DNA of 64,000 nucleotides, from positions 4,402,001 through 4,466,000 of the forward strand of contig OY740795.1 in NCBI GenBank assembly GCA_963514005.1, in the 5' to 3' direction. Position 1 is the stretch's first letter. Every line of letters starts with the position of its first letter. The notes beneath the pieces are model-generated. The model worked only from the letters and a program-made list of their open reading frames with translations. It was not told where the DNA came from and did not search any database. The translations under genes and the position numbers were made by a program. This document shows, piece after piece, positions 13,790 to 27,129 of this stretch. Source of the DNA: Raja brachyura (Eukaryota).

Positions 13790-16335
13790 GGATGAAGGGT
13801 GTAAGTTGCAGCAGGAGTTAAAACTGGCATGCAATAAAGGTAATGCCACCGTGGTGATGGGGGATTTCAATATGCAGGTACACTGGGAAAATCAGGTTGG
13901 TTCAGGACCCCAAGAAAGAGAGTTTGTAGAATGCTTCCGAGATTGATTCTGAGAGCAGCTTGTAATGGAGCCGACCAGAGAAAATGCAATTCTGGATTTA
14001 GTGTTGTCCAATGAACCAGATATGATAAGAGAAGTCAAGGTAAAGGAACCGCTTGGAGGTAGTGATCATAAGATGATTAGTTTTAATCTGCAATTTGAGA
14101 AGGAGAACATTAAATCGGAAGTGGCAGTGATGCAGTTGAACAAATGGGACTATGAAGGCATGAGAGGGGAGCTGACCAAGGTAGACTGGAAAGGGATCCT
14201 AGCAGGAATGACGGTGGAACAGCAATGGCAGGAATTTCTGGGCATAATCCGGAAGACGCAGGATCATTTTATTCCAAAAAGGAAGAAAGATTCTAAGGGG
14301 AGTAGGAGGCAACCGTGGCTGACAAGAGAAGTTAGGGATAGAATGAAACTAAAAGAAAAGATGTATAACACAGCACAGAGTACTGGAAGCCAGAGGATTG
14401 GGAAACTTTCATAGGACAACAGAAGGAAACAAAACGGGCAATAGGGGCTGAAAAGATGAAGTACGAGGGGAAGATGGCCAGGAATATAAAGCAGGACAGT
14501 AAAAACGTATTTAGATATGTTAAGGGGAAAAGAGTAGCAAAGTCCAATGTGGGTCCCTTGAAGGCAGACACGGGCGAAATTATTATGGGCAACAAGGAAA
14601 TCGCTGAAGCGTTGGATAGGTACTTCGGATCTGTCTTCCCTAAGGAAGACACAAACTATCTCCCAGATGTACTGGAGGACAGAGGATCTAAGGGGGTAAA
14701 GGAACCGAAATAAATTTTCATTAGGCGAGAAATAGTATTGGGTAGTCTAATGGGACTGAAGGATGATAAATCCCCTGGGCCTGATGGTCTGCATCCCAGG
14801 GTCCTCAGGGAGGTGGCACTAGAAATAGTGGACGCATTGGTGATCATTTTCCAATGTTCAATAGATTCAGGATCAGTTCCTGTGCATTGGAGGATAGCTA
14901 ATGTGATCGCACTTTTCAAGAAAGGAGCGAGGGAGAAAACGGGGAATTACAGACCAGTTAGCCTGACTTCGGTAGTGGGAAAGATGCTGGAGTCAATTAT
15001 TAAAGAGGTAATAATGGGGCATTTGGATAGCAGTAAGAGGATTAGTCCAAGTCAACATCGATTTATGAAAGGGAAATCATGCTTGACTAATCTTCTGGAA
15101 TTTTTTGAGGATGTGACAAGTAAAATGGATGAAGGGGTGCCAGTTGCTGCAGTGTATCTAGACTTTCAGAAAGCCTTTGATAAGGTTCCGCATGGGGGAC
15201 TGTTGATTAAAATTAGAGCACATTGTATTGGGGGTAGGGTGTTGACGTGGGTAGAAAATTGGTTGGCAGACAGCTAGCAAAGAGTAGGAGTGAACGGGTC
15301 ATTTTCAGAATGGCAGGCAGTGGCGAGTGGAGTGCCGCAAGGCTCGGTGTTGGGGCCGCAACCCTTTACCATATATACTAATGATTTAGAAGAGGGAATT
15401 AGGAGCAACACTAGCAAGTTTGCGGATGACAGTGTGAACTGTGAAGAGGAGGTTAGGAGGTTGCAGGGTGACCTGGGCAGGTTGCGTGAGTGTTCAGATA
15501 CAGTATAATATAGATAAATGTGAGGTTATCCACTTTGGCAGCAAAAACAAGGGGGGAGATTATTATCTCAATGGGGGTAGGTTAGGAAAGGGGGAGGTAC
15601 AGCGAGAACTGGGTGTTCTTCTACACCGGTCATTGAAAGTTGGCGTGCGGGTACAGCAGGCAGTGAAGAAAGCTAATGGAATGTTGGCTTTCATAACAAG
15701 AGGATTTCAGTATAGGAGTAAAGTGGTTCTTCTGCAGTTGTATAGGGCTCTGGTGGGACCACATCTGGAGTATTGTGTACAGTTTTGGTCTCCTAATTTG
15801 AGGAAGGACATCCTTGTGATTGAGGCAGTGCAGCGTAGGTTCATGAGATTGATCCCTGGGATGGCGGGACTGTCATATGAGGAAAGATTGAAAAGACTGG
15901 GCTTGTATTCACTGGAGTTTAGAGTGGTGAGGGGAGATCTTATAGAAACATATAAAATTATGAAAGGACTGGACAAGCTAGATGCAGGAAAAATGTCCCC
16001 AATGTTGGGCGAGTCCAGAATCAGGGACCACAGTCTTAGAATAAAGGGGAGGTCATTTAGGACTAAGGTGAGAAAAAACATTTTCACCCTGAGAGTTGTG
16101 AATTTATGGAATTCCCTGCCACAGAGGGCAGTGGAGGCCAAATCACTGGATGGATTTAAGAGAGAGTGAGATGGAGCTCCAGGGGCTAGTGAACTCATGG
16201 GATATGGGGAGAAGGCAGGTATTAGAGAAGGAAGGGTTATTGATAGGGGACGATAGCCATGATCACAATGAATGGCGGTGCTGGCTCGAAGGGCTGAATG
16301 GCCTACTCCTGCGCCTATTTTCTATGTTTCTATGT
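13790..16335 (+). mobile_element. CR1 LINE, long ORF2 remnant (APE endonuclease end + RT + 3' UTR), disrupted
   Basis: MGDFN, PTRENAILDLVL, SDH, KSPGPDGLHPRVL, NYRPVSLTS, DFQKAFDKVPH, GVPQGSVLGP, KFADD; (tttctatg)n tail; several frameshifts and stops. Confidence 0.93.
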
Positions 16336-17039
16336 TTGTTCTTTTCTATCTGTAAATATATCTTTAAAATGCGTGTGAACGGGACGGTGATAATATTGTA
16401 GCAGAAATAAAAGCACTGGCGGAACTCACCGCCAGACAGCATCCGTGAGTGTGTGTGTGTGTGGGGCTGGGGCGGGGGAAGATATGTACAGACGACCCTT
16501 CCATTCAGTTTGTGACTGCCCTATTCAAGATTAGAAGATAAGAAAAAGAGGCATGAAGAACTGCCTTGAAATACAGTATAAACACGAAACGTCGCCTTAT
16601 CATTCACTCCACCGATGCTGCTAGACACGCGGATTTCATAGAGTCATGGAGTGATTCGGCGTGGAAACAGGCCCTTCGGCCTAACTTCTATCCATGTACC
16701 TGTCTAACAGTTTCTTAAAGGTTGGAATAGTCCCAGCCTCAACTACATCCGCTGGCAGCTCGTTCCATACACCCACCACTCTTTGTGTGAAACAGCTACC
16801 CCCCAGATTCTTATTAAATCTTTTCCACCTGATACCCATGCCCTCTGGTCCTCGATTCACCTACTCTGGGCAAGATACTCTGTGCATCCACCCGATCTAT
16901 TCCTGTCATGATTTTATATAGCTCTATACGATAATTTACTTCAGCACCTTAGTTTAAGCTTCCTGGTATAAATTACTAAAAACCATAATTCTTACCTTAT
17001 CAATGGACTGCAAACCATTACAAAATGGCATGGGGAGTC

Positions 17040-18060
17040 CAGGGGGCGCCGTCCAGTTGGGTATGGCTGCCCTGCCTGTCCGTCCTTTCATTTCTTTTTT
17101 ATTTTTATTTTGTTAAAACGTGATGTTTGGAGGTCTATTCTTTTTATGTGTGCGGGGTGGGTGGGGAGGGGGGGGGGGGGGTGAGGGGGAAACTGTATTT
17201 CTCAGTCCCTACCTGGTCTGAGAGCCGGCTTTCCTCCCAGCAGAATCTCGACCCGTCCTCACGGCCTGCCATTGGAGTAAAGAGTTTCCGGACGGCGTTT
17301 CCGGACGGGACCGGCCAGAACCTCGGCTTCGGCGGCGGCGCAGCGCTGGAGCGCTATCGGGGAGCGGGCGATGCCTTTCCCGGGTCGCCGCGCTGGAGCT
17401 CCGGAATGCTGAGTCCGCCGATTGAACATCGGGGAGCTGCGGGTCTGTGGAGCGGCCAGCCGCGGCGCTGACATTAACATCGGGAGCCTGGGATCTTGCG
17501 CTGAGATCGCCAGTGGTGAAGCTCCGCCCAGGGCGGCCTGTCGGCTTCGGAAGCCGCGGTCTCCGGCAAAGAAGCGGTCGTTCCAGGCATCGCAAGCCGC
17601 TGCATTCAAAACAGTCCTGTAGTGTTGTCATAGCTCCCTCTGGCCAGACCCTAGCCTGCTTCACCGTGCAGGGAGTGGTGAGGACAGCGGAAAAAAATCA
17701 TCGGGACCTCTCTCCCCTCAATCGGGGATATTGCGGCCAAACGCTGCGTGTCTATGGCCAGCAGTATCATAAAAGACCCCACACATCTCCATCACGGACT
17801 GTTCACTCTGCTGCCCTCCGGAAAAAGATATCGCAGCATAAGGAGCAGAACATCAAGGTTCTGCAACAGCTTCTTCCCACGGGCCATCAGCCTCCTGAAT
17901 GCCATGTAATGGGCTGCCACCATTGTCTATTTATCCTTTTCATCCATGCCTATCCTTCGGTTAATTTATTGTGTTGCACAGGGAGCCAAATGCAACGTAA
18001 TTTCGTTTGGAACTGCATGCATCAATGTATTTCTAAATGGCAATAAAGTTTTGTTTGACT
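17040..18060 (+). mobile_element. GC-rich repeat followed by Rex1/Babar-like LINE 3' fragment
   Basis: The GC-rich core is shared with 29.5-30.1 kb. 17650-18050 encodes VQGVVRTAEK.. and the tctgctgccctccggaaaaagata Rex1-type C-terminus and tail. Confidence 0.6.
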
Positions 18061-18661
18061 TTGTTTTTGCACTAGTATTACCATTGGTCACCCTGATTCT
18101 TGACTCTTAACTATTTTATCCTTGTAATGGACGAACATCTACAAGTATATACGGGTCGTCAACCGTTTTTTAAGAATACGTTTCCTACTTGTAAACGACA
18201 GCAACGTCTTTCGGTGAAATACGTGGTGAATGGCTCTTGTGCAAAATAAGTTAGCTTCATTTTCTACTTGCAGACCATGTATTGTGTGAGTTTGTTTGCA
18301 ATGCAAGGAGTATGCTGCAATTTGCTTATGGGGTCTCATCTTGCACTTTCTGCTTAGCGAGTACATTTTGTGAACTTGTGTAGACCTTGGATGGTCGGTA
18401 TAAACAAAATGTTTGCAGAGATGTAACGAAAAATGTTGTGAATCCACCGTGCGTTGAATGAGTCCTCCGTGTATTATGTAAATGTATTTCGTTCTGTGCA
18501 AATTAGATTTACAATATTGCGACACAGGACAAAAATACGTAACCACCGCTACTCTGTTGCTTCAATTCTCTCCTCAACAATATCTCACCCAACTGCAGTT
18601 GTTTCACCTCGATGGCCAATTGTTAGAAAACAAAATGAGCACAGGGAACGTGTGTCAAATT

Positions 18662-18699
18662 TATTCGTTTAAGAAATTGAATCATCGTTAATCTAATTG
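18662..18699 (+). promoter_or_regulatory. conserved bipartite upstream motif of gene 3 (TATTCGTT-N24-TAATTG)
   Basis: The motif is followed by c.tctctgtggattcc..aactgagagg, which is also conserved upstream of gene 1. Confidence 0.5.
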
Positions 18700-18797
18700 C
18701 ATCTCTGTGGATTCCCGCCACGTAAAACTGAGAGGTCGGTTGTAGCAAAATTGCACTCCGGAAAACCTTCAGGAAAAACCAAACCATCTCATGAACA

Positions 18798-21274
18798 ATG
18801 CACGACAGAATAACTGGCCCAGTTTATGCCATTTACTACTCACTTCTTGCAGCCATCGGCGTTTCAGGTAAGCCGTTGTACTAAATTAGCGAGTGATATA
18901 TCGATGTTTAATAAATTACTGTTTTTCCGATAATTAACAAGGTGACACATGTTTCTCTGCGCGCTTCTACCTCGGTAAGCAAGCTCCAATGGTTCATTTT
19001 TAGAATTTGTCACGAAACTAAACTTTTGGTAACCACTTATAAAATGTGAGGTTTTGATGAAAGGTCTCCTGGCGGACTTGCTGAAATCAACAACGCCGTT
19101 GCATAAATCGTGACCCTCAGTGATGATGCAAAATGATTAATGGCGATCTTGCAACCTGAGATGCCTTTTCCCGAATTGTATTTCTATTCATTACAGAATG
19201 ATTGCTAATTGGGAAGATGCAAATTCAACTGCAAATCCGTAATCATAGAATGTATGCCATCACTCCAAGTCACAATTTACCCGATCTAGGTGAACGATGT
19301 AAATGGTCCAATGTCGCAGAGCGATTCAGCAGACAAGGAGATCCTTATCAGACAACAGTGGTGGCTGGATGGTGTGCGAGGTCATACTTACTTTCGGACT
19401 TCGCTTTACCACAGATTCTCTTTGCGTTACCGGACGAGACTAGTGGCTCTCCTCGCACTTCCACGCATTGCGTCTTTATTTTAGTCGGCCTTGGGCCAGA
19501 GCTTCTTATTTGTTTTCAGAAAATGCTACAATTTCTCATGGGTCTTTGAGAACATTCTTGATCGTTTTACTTTACGGATATTTATTGAAGGTCTGTTCTC
19601 TGATCATTTTCTTTAAAACATCCAAGTTAACGCCGATATAGTGTTTATTTTTTTTGAGCGTGCATACAAATAAATATTAAATGTATTCTGCAACTTGATG
19701 GTTAGCTTGGGGCGACTTTGTACCTTGCGGTTCAATATCTTCTCAGTATTGTATTTGTGGCACCACTACCTTGCTATACTTTATGAGTTAAGGCTCAATA
19801 CACTTCAAGGTAAAGGGAAACTGGTACATTGTGTTTGTGCCGTTACTGGAAAGGCCGCAGTATTGGATTGGCAGCCATTGTGGAAGAGACCTAGATTTCC
19901 ATTGCATTGTCCTCTCAAAGGGAAAATTGTACGCTAATAGATACCGACTAACATTCAATGGATTTTCTAGATACCTTCCAATCCTTCGCACTCGTGTCAT
20001 TACCTTTGAAATGAGAGCTAAATATTCCGGGTAAGATCGTGTCAGAAAATGATCCCGGGAACTATTTGTTTTCGCTTTGCTCTTAATCTATAAACTATTA
20101 TCTGTGACAACTTTAAAACATCCGGGTGATATTTTGCGTGAGTTTCCACTGTGGATGGCTCGATTTTCATCATGACAATACACAATAGGTGCAGGAATCG
20201 GTCATTCGGCCTTTCGAGCCGAATCATTTATTGTCTTTCAGTTGACTGGTTGCACGCAACAAAAAGGTTTTCACTGTACTTTGGTGCACGTGACAAAAGA
20301 TTACACTAAACTAAACTAAAATAAATATGATAACACGTCTATTAATTTAAATGTCTTTTCCATCAGTGAATGTGGTGGCGATTGTGATCCTGTCCAGAGG
20401 AAGATGCGGTCTCTCCAAGTGCATCACTCGGTATCTGGTGTCCATGGCGGTGACGGATCTACTGGTCGTTATCACTGCTGTTATATTCAACCGGATTGTT
20501 GGCATTTATTTTCCATTTAGTTTTATGTCCTTAACCCCAGCTTGTACTCTCAGCACTGTTGCAATTTATGCAGCCACCGAGAGTTCGGTCTGGTTGACAG
20601 TCGCATTCACCTTTGATCGGTTCGTGGCCATTTGTTGCCAGAAGCGGAGGAGTACATATTGCACAGAGAGAACGGCGGCGGTGGTCATTGGGACAATCTG
20701 TGTGTTGAGCTGTTTGAAAAGCGTCCCTTGGTACTTCATCTACGAACCACTCTACATCATTGACAATCAAGCATGGTTTTGTACCAGGAAATCAATCTAC
20801 AGCATATCACTCGCCTGGACAGTGTATGATTGGTTTGCACGCATTTTAAACCCAGGCCTCCCGTTCGTCCTGATCTTAACCTTTAATATTCTGACGGTCA
20901 GACACATTCTCGTGGCGAGTAGAGGCCGCAAAAAACTCGTGTCCCAGAGTCACGGAGAAAAGCAAAGTGACGCAGAGATGGAGAGTCGGAGAAAGTCCAT
21001 GGTTTTGCTCTTTCTCATCTCGGGCAGTTTCATCCTGCTGTGGATGACGTACGTTGTGAATTTCCTCTATGTGGAAATTTCAAAGGAACCCTATTTCAGT
21101 GGTTCCAATTTCAACGACCCAAGGTTCATTCGCCAGGAAAGTGGAAACATGCTTCAGCTACTGAGCTCTTGCACCAACACTTGCATTTATGTAGTTACCC
21201 AGAGTAAATTCAGGGCGGAAATGAAAAATGCTGCATTGTATCTCTGGAATCGAATTACTACATTAATAAGATGA
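18798..21274 (+). CDS. GPR139/GPR142-like class A GPCR, gene 3 (subfamily A); exons join(18798..18867,20367..21274), 325 aa
   Basis: Exon 1 MHDRITGPVYAIYYSLLAAIGVS-G|gtaag. Acceptor ttttccatcag|TG. Intact 7TM ORF. Confidence 0.9.
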
Positions 21275-21729
21275 GGGGACACTAAATCTCAACTTTGGCT
21301 AATCGTGCGATGAAATCTTGTTATCCAACGACCGTCGAACTGGCATTATCTAACGATAAATGGCCGATAAATAATTGATATTTGTGTTGGTTTATTATTG
21401 TCACCTGTATCGAGATACAGTGAAAACGTAGTTTTGCGTGCTATCCAGGCAAATTACAGCATAGATGAGCACATCAGGGTAGTACGAAAGAAAGAATAAA
21501 CCGAGTGGTGAAGATAGTGTTACGGTGACATGGAAAGAATCGTTTAAAAGTGCAAGGGCGCGAAGGGGAGATGAAAAGGGAGGAGAGGTATGTTCAATAG
21601 TGATAACAGCGGAGAAGCGGTTCTTGAGTATGGCGATCTCCATGATCCCAGCAGATAGATTTGCAAAACGGAGAGTCCATTTGTTCCCAAACTCTTCTTC
21701 TTTTTTTCTGTTAACCAATTCTGGATATA

Positions 21730-23323
21730 CAGTGGCTTGCAAAAGTTTTCATACCCCTTGAACTTTTCCACATTTTGTCACGTTATAACCACAAACGTAA
21801 ATGTATTATATTGGGATTTTATGTGATAGACCCATACAAAGTGGCGCATAATTGTGAAGTGGAAGGTAAATGATACATGGTTTTTTTACGAATAAAAAAC
21901 TGAAAAGTGTGGCGTGCAAAAGTATTCAGCCCCCTTTACTCTGATACCCTTAAATAAAATCCAGTGCAACCAATTGCCTTCAGAAGTCACCTAATTAGTA
22001 TATAGAGTCCACTTGCGTGTAGTCTAATCTCAGTATAAATACAGCTGTTCTGTGAAGGCCTCAGAGGTTTGTTAGAGAACATTAGTGAACAAACAGCATA
22101 ATGAAGCCCAAGGTCAGGGATGAAGTTGTGGAGAAGTTTAAAGTAGGGTTAGGTTATTAAAAAATATCCCAAGCTTTGAACATCTCACGGAGGACTGTTC
22201 AATCCATCATCCGAAAATGGAAAGAGTATGGCACAAGTGCAAACCTACCAAGACATGGCCGTCCACCTAAACTGACAGGCCGGGTAAGGAGAGCATTGAT
22301 CAGAGAAGCAGCCAAGAGGCCCATGGTAACTCTGGAGGAGCTGCAGAGATCCACAGCTCAGGTGGGAGAATCTGTCCACAGGACAATTATTAGTCGTGCA
22401 CTCCACAAATCGGGCCTTTATGGAAGAGTGATAAGAAGAAAGCCATTGTTGAAACAAAGCCATAAGAAGTCCCGTTTGCAGTTTGCCACAAGCCATGTGG
22501 GGGACACAGCAAACATGTGGAGGAAGGTGCTCTGGTCTGATGAGACCAACATTGAAGTTTTTGGCCTAAATGCAAAACGCTATGTGTGGCGGAAAACTAA
22601 CACTGCACATGACCCTGAACACACCATACCGACTGTGAACCATGGTGGTGGCAGCATCGTGCTGTGGGGATGCTTTTCTTCAGCAGGGACAGAGAAGCTG
22701 GTCAGAGTTGATGGGAAGATGGATTGAGCGAAATGCAGAGTAATCTTGGAAGAAAACCTGTTAGAGTCTGCAAAAGACTTGAGACTGGGGCGGAGGTTCA
22801 CCTTCCAGCAGGACAACGTCCCTAAACATACAGCCAGAACTACAATGGAATGGTTTAGATGAAAGCATATTCATGTGTTAGAATGGCCCAGTCAAAGTCC
22901 AGACCTAAATCCAATTGAGAATCTCTGACACGACTTGAAAATTGCTGTTCACAGACGCTCTCCATCCAATCTGACTGAGCTTGAGTTATTTTGCTAAGAA
23001 GAATGGGCACAAAATTCAGTCTCTAAATGTGCAAACATGGTAGAGACATACCCCAAAAGATTTGCAGATGTAATTGCAGCGAAAGGTGGTTCTACAAAGT
23101 ATTGACTCAGGGGGGCAGAATACTTTTGCACGCCACACTTTTCAGTTTTTTATTTGTAATAACATTTGGAAACCATGTATCATTTTCCTTCCACTTCACA
23201 AATATGCGCCACTTTGTGTTGGTCTATCACATAAAATCCCAATAAAATACATTTACGTTTGTGGTTGTAACATGACAACATGTGGAAAAGTTCAAGGGGT
23301 ATGAAAACTTTTGCGATCCACTG
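21730..23323 (+). mobile_element. full-length Tc1-family (IR/DR type) DNA transposon, transposase inactivated
   Basis: TA target duplication (21728-29 and 23324-25) and ~205-215-bp inverted repeats starting CAGTGG. The transposase (~22101-23106) has paired-like HTH, GRPPKL, WSDET, QQDN and SPDLNPIENL motifs with in-frame stops. The paralogous site is empty (~34340). Confidence 0.95.
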
Positions 23324-24474
23324 TATACCATTTCCCCCACCCCACTCGTCCAAACATCACAGCTCTTAACCAGCCTCATGAATGCGACCTCATAGAAGTT
23401 TGAAGATGCCACATGCAAGGCTCCTTCTATTCTGCCCAATCGTTTCTATTCATTTTCCTAAATATATTTCAAAGGTTGTTATTGTAACCACCCCAACTAA
23501 TTCCCCTAACAGCTCGTTCCAATTACAACACCTAGCATCTTCTGTGTGACAAATGTGCCACTCATGTTCCTATTAAATGTTTCCCATTTCTATTCCAATT
23601 TATGTGCTCTAGTTCTTCATGGCCCCCACCCGCCAAAACGACTGCACTCACTTTATCTATTCACCTCATGTGTGTGTACACATCTGCAAGATCATCTCTC
23701 AGACTCCAGCCCTAAGAGGAATTGTCATGTATTCCATTACCTCTTTCAATAGCTCATGGTATCGAGTTCTGGCGCCATCCTCCTCAATCGTCTCCGCATG
23801 ATTTCCTGCTTAATGACATTCTACCTCTAGTCGCTTAACCAAAACTCAACGCGATACTATAAGTGTGGCCTCACTGACGTATTGCACAACTGTTCTCCCA
23901 GTTAACGTGACGCCATTTACTCCGACCTTGCCTCTGGCAATTACGCAATCCCCTACTCCCAATTTCTCTTCACCACCGCATCTGCTCCCAAACTGAAGCT
24001 TTCCATTCTAGGACTTACGATATATCTCTCTTTAGTTAACGTGCCCCCCCCCCCCCCTGGTGTGAATTTTGATGTGTCTTACATCTGAGGCGTTACATCA
24101 ACTCGCTTGACGGCGGATATCCATATCATAACTCATACCATCTATTGTTTGACATCCGGTGCCCATGTCTGCTCATTGATTGATTGATCAAAATGATTTA
24201 TACAACTTTAGCACATTTAGGTGTGCATTCATCCTTGCGGCTTAAGTTTCTTTACTTATTCAATTGTACTTATTTTGTTCAGCTGCACTTCCACGTCGTA
24301 TTGTTTACAAATCCATTAACTTCGATTTTAAGACAATAGACAATAGGTGCAGGAGTAGGCCATTCGGCCCTTCGAACCAGCACCGCCATTCAATGTGATC
24401 ATGGCTGATCACCCCCAATCAATACCCCGTTCCTGCCTTCTCCCCATATCTCCTGATATTCATCTAATTAAGTA

Positions 24475-24636
24475 NNNNNNNNNNNNNNNNNNNNNNNNNN
24501 NNNNNNNNNNNNNNNNNNNNNNNNNNNNNNNNNNNNNNNNNNNNNNNNNNNNNNNNNNNNNNNNNNNNNNNNNNNNNNNNNNNNNNNNNNNNNNNNNNNN
24601 NNNNNNNNNNNNNNNNNNNNNNNNNNNNNNNNNNNN
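24475..24636. other. assembly gap (N run)
   Basis: Run of N. Confidence 1.
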
Positions 24637-25205
24637 GTATTCGCATACAAGGAATTTGCTTTGGTGCTCCACCCACAAGTAACAACATGACAAACAGTGA
24701 CAGTTACGAATGACTCAAAAAACGCTCAACATGAATAATAATAAAACATTAATGATAAAACACCATCGACCAAGCATGTTAACCAACAAAATACCAGATC
24801 AAAGGGAGGCTACAGATTTTCGGCTGTTGAGTGGAGCAATTACTCGTGGTTAAAAACTGTTTTTAAGTCTGGCTGTGTGGCAGCATTGTCAGTCCGGAGT
24901 CACCTTCCAGAGGGAAGTGATTCAAAGAGTTTGTGGCCAGGGTGAGAGGGGTCAGAGATGATCTTGCCTGCTCGCTTTCTGACCCTTGCAGTTCATCAAC
25001 GGAGGGACGGTTGCAGCCAATAACCTTCTCTGCTGATCGGACGATTCGCTGCAGCCTCCAGGTGTCGTGCTTGGTGGCTGAGCCAAACCAGACCATGATG
25101 GAAAAGGTGAGAACAGACGCTACGATGGCCGTGTATAATTGGACCATCATTGCCTGTGGCAGATTGTGCTTCCTCCGCTGCCGTAGGAAGTACATGCTCT
25201 GTTGT
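24637..25205 (-). mobile_element. Rex1/Babar-type LINE 3' fragment
   Basis: MYFLRQRRKHNLPQ..YTAIVASVLTFSIMVWFG..RLQRIVRSAEKVIG. Confidence 0.8.
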
Positions 25206-25489
25206 GCTCTGTCTACAAGTATGTACGGGTCGTCAACCGTGTTTAAGAATACGTTTCCTGCTTGTAAACGACAACAACGTCTTTAGGCATAACGCTTAAC
25301 ATCTATTGTTTGACATCCAGTGCCCATGTCTACTCATTGACTGATTGATCAAAATGATTAATACAACTTAAGCATTTAGGAGTGTATTTCAGCTTGCAGC
25401 CTAAGTTTCTTTACTTATTCAAATGTACTTATTTTGTTCAGCTGCACTTCCACTTCGTATTGTTCACAAATCCATTTACTTAGATTTTA

Positions 25490-26057
25490 AGACAATAGAC
25501 AATAGATGCAGGAGTAGGCCATTCGGCCCTTCGAGCCAGCACCGCCATCCAATGGGATCATGGCTAATCATCCCCAATGAATACCCCGTTCCTGCCTCCT
25601 CCCCATATCCCCTGACTCCGCTATTTTTAAGAGCCCTATCTAGCTTTCTCTTGAAAGTATCCAGAGAACCCGCCTCCACCGCCCTCTGAGGCAGAGAATT
25701 CCATAAACTCACAACTCTCTGTGAGAAAAAGTGTTTCCTCGTCTCCGTTCCAAATGGCTTACTCGTAAAACTTAAATCCTTAAACTGTGGCCCCTCGTTC
25801 TCGACTCACCCAACATCGGGAACATGTTTCCTGCCTCTAGCGTGTCCAAACGCTTAACAATCTTATATGTTTCAATGAGACCACCTCTCATTCTTCTAAA
25901 CTCAAGAGTGTACAAGCCCAGGTGCTCCATTCTCTCGGCATATCACAGCCCCGCCATCCCGGGAATTAACATTGTAAACCTACGCTGCACTCCCTCAATA
26001 ACAAGAATGTCCTTCCTCAAATTAGGAATAACAAGAATGTCCTTCCTCAAATTAGGA
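25490..26057 (-). mobile_element. CR1 LINE 3' fragment (shared with unit B 35325-35880)
   Basis: LWNSLPQRAVEAGSLDTFKRKLD. A 30-bp internal tandem duplication at its 5' end is present in both duplication units. Confidence 0.85.
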
Positions 26058-27129
26058 GCTGAACCCTCAATTCATCAATATACATTGTAATTCAACATTG
26101 CGCCTACTCATGAAATCCTAGAATAGTAAGGCAGAAGACAGTTGCCGGTACGTGTACCTGGTGGAATGTTCAGGATCCTACAGCAAAACCCACAACATGT
26201 TCAATTGCAATTTTATCCTCCCAGCGGCATTTCATATATGTTCAAAGCATCCGTTATATGTGTCTTATGCATTCATCTATGTTAGATTATATTATTTGTA
26301 TCACTTTTATGATATGGTATAATATGGCAATCCAATACTCCTGTTTCCATTCACGAAAAATGTACCACATTCTACCCCGAAGCGCAGTAGCTCGTCTAAT
26401 AAATTACTCTTATATAATACTCCAAAACAAACTTGTATTTGAATGAATCAGTATTCATTTATCCCTAAACTCTATGGATTGATTTAGCGAAATATTGATT
26501 ACAATATATTGTGTTCAAATAACATCTAAACATTGAATATATTTTTTCACGTAATACCTCGCTTGCCCGTTGTGAAAGTATTTGTCGATTATATTTTGAA
26601 CGCCGCGAACAGTAATTACTCTTCAAACTGCGATTAGATTATCTTGAACGTCTGTGCTTTTCGCTGGAGATTTCTACTGGGCAACCATTGGTGGACGGAT
26701 TGATAGTGTAAGAATGCGCACTCGAAGAAAGCTTTCGGGCAAAGTGTTCCACAGAGCCCATATATTTTATCAACAGATATGAAAAGAATATATCTTAAGA
26801 CTATGGTGAAGTGGGCACTTCACCATCTTTCACACAGCGCCTATTAGTTCAGCCACTTTAAAACTAGCAACTTGAACGCAGGACAAGTCCAACGATATAA
26901 TTATTGAACAAACAGACACGGCCAGACGTTTCCAAAAAATATTTCGTGAACATGGGAACATGCATTACTAAGCTCGAATCATTCCATAATCTTAGATGTC
27001 CTAAGCCACATGTGAATGGAATGGCGAAGAAAAAATAATAAAGGTGCTCAAAGTTGAGGAATTGATAAATACAATTCTGCATGCAAGGCATTGCCGTTGG
27101 GGGATCGGTAACACCTCCAACTCAGGGTC

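Larger units (their letters stand above)
16363..27123 (+). repeat. tandem segmental duplication unit A (GPCR gene 3 + V-deleted site)
   Basis: Collinear high identity to 28804-37272, from ttaaaatgcgtgt... to ...ggggatcggtaacacctcca. Confidence 0.9.

Noticed and set aside
19202-19549. 115-aa ORF conserved at 31796..32143 (and other paired short ORFs in units A/B)
   Set aside because: Intronic with a non-ATG start and no recognisable domain. Conservation is explained by the recent duplication.
27000-27091. hydrophobic MQNCIYQFLNFEHLYYFFFAIPFTCGLG as candidate V1-type leader
   Set aside because: No GT donor follows, and the paralogous sequence next to V1 is frameshifted with a stop.
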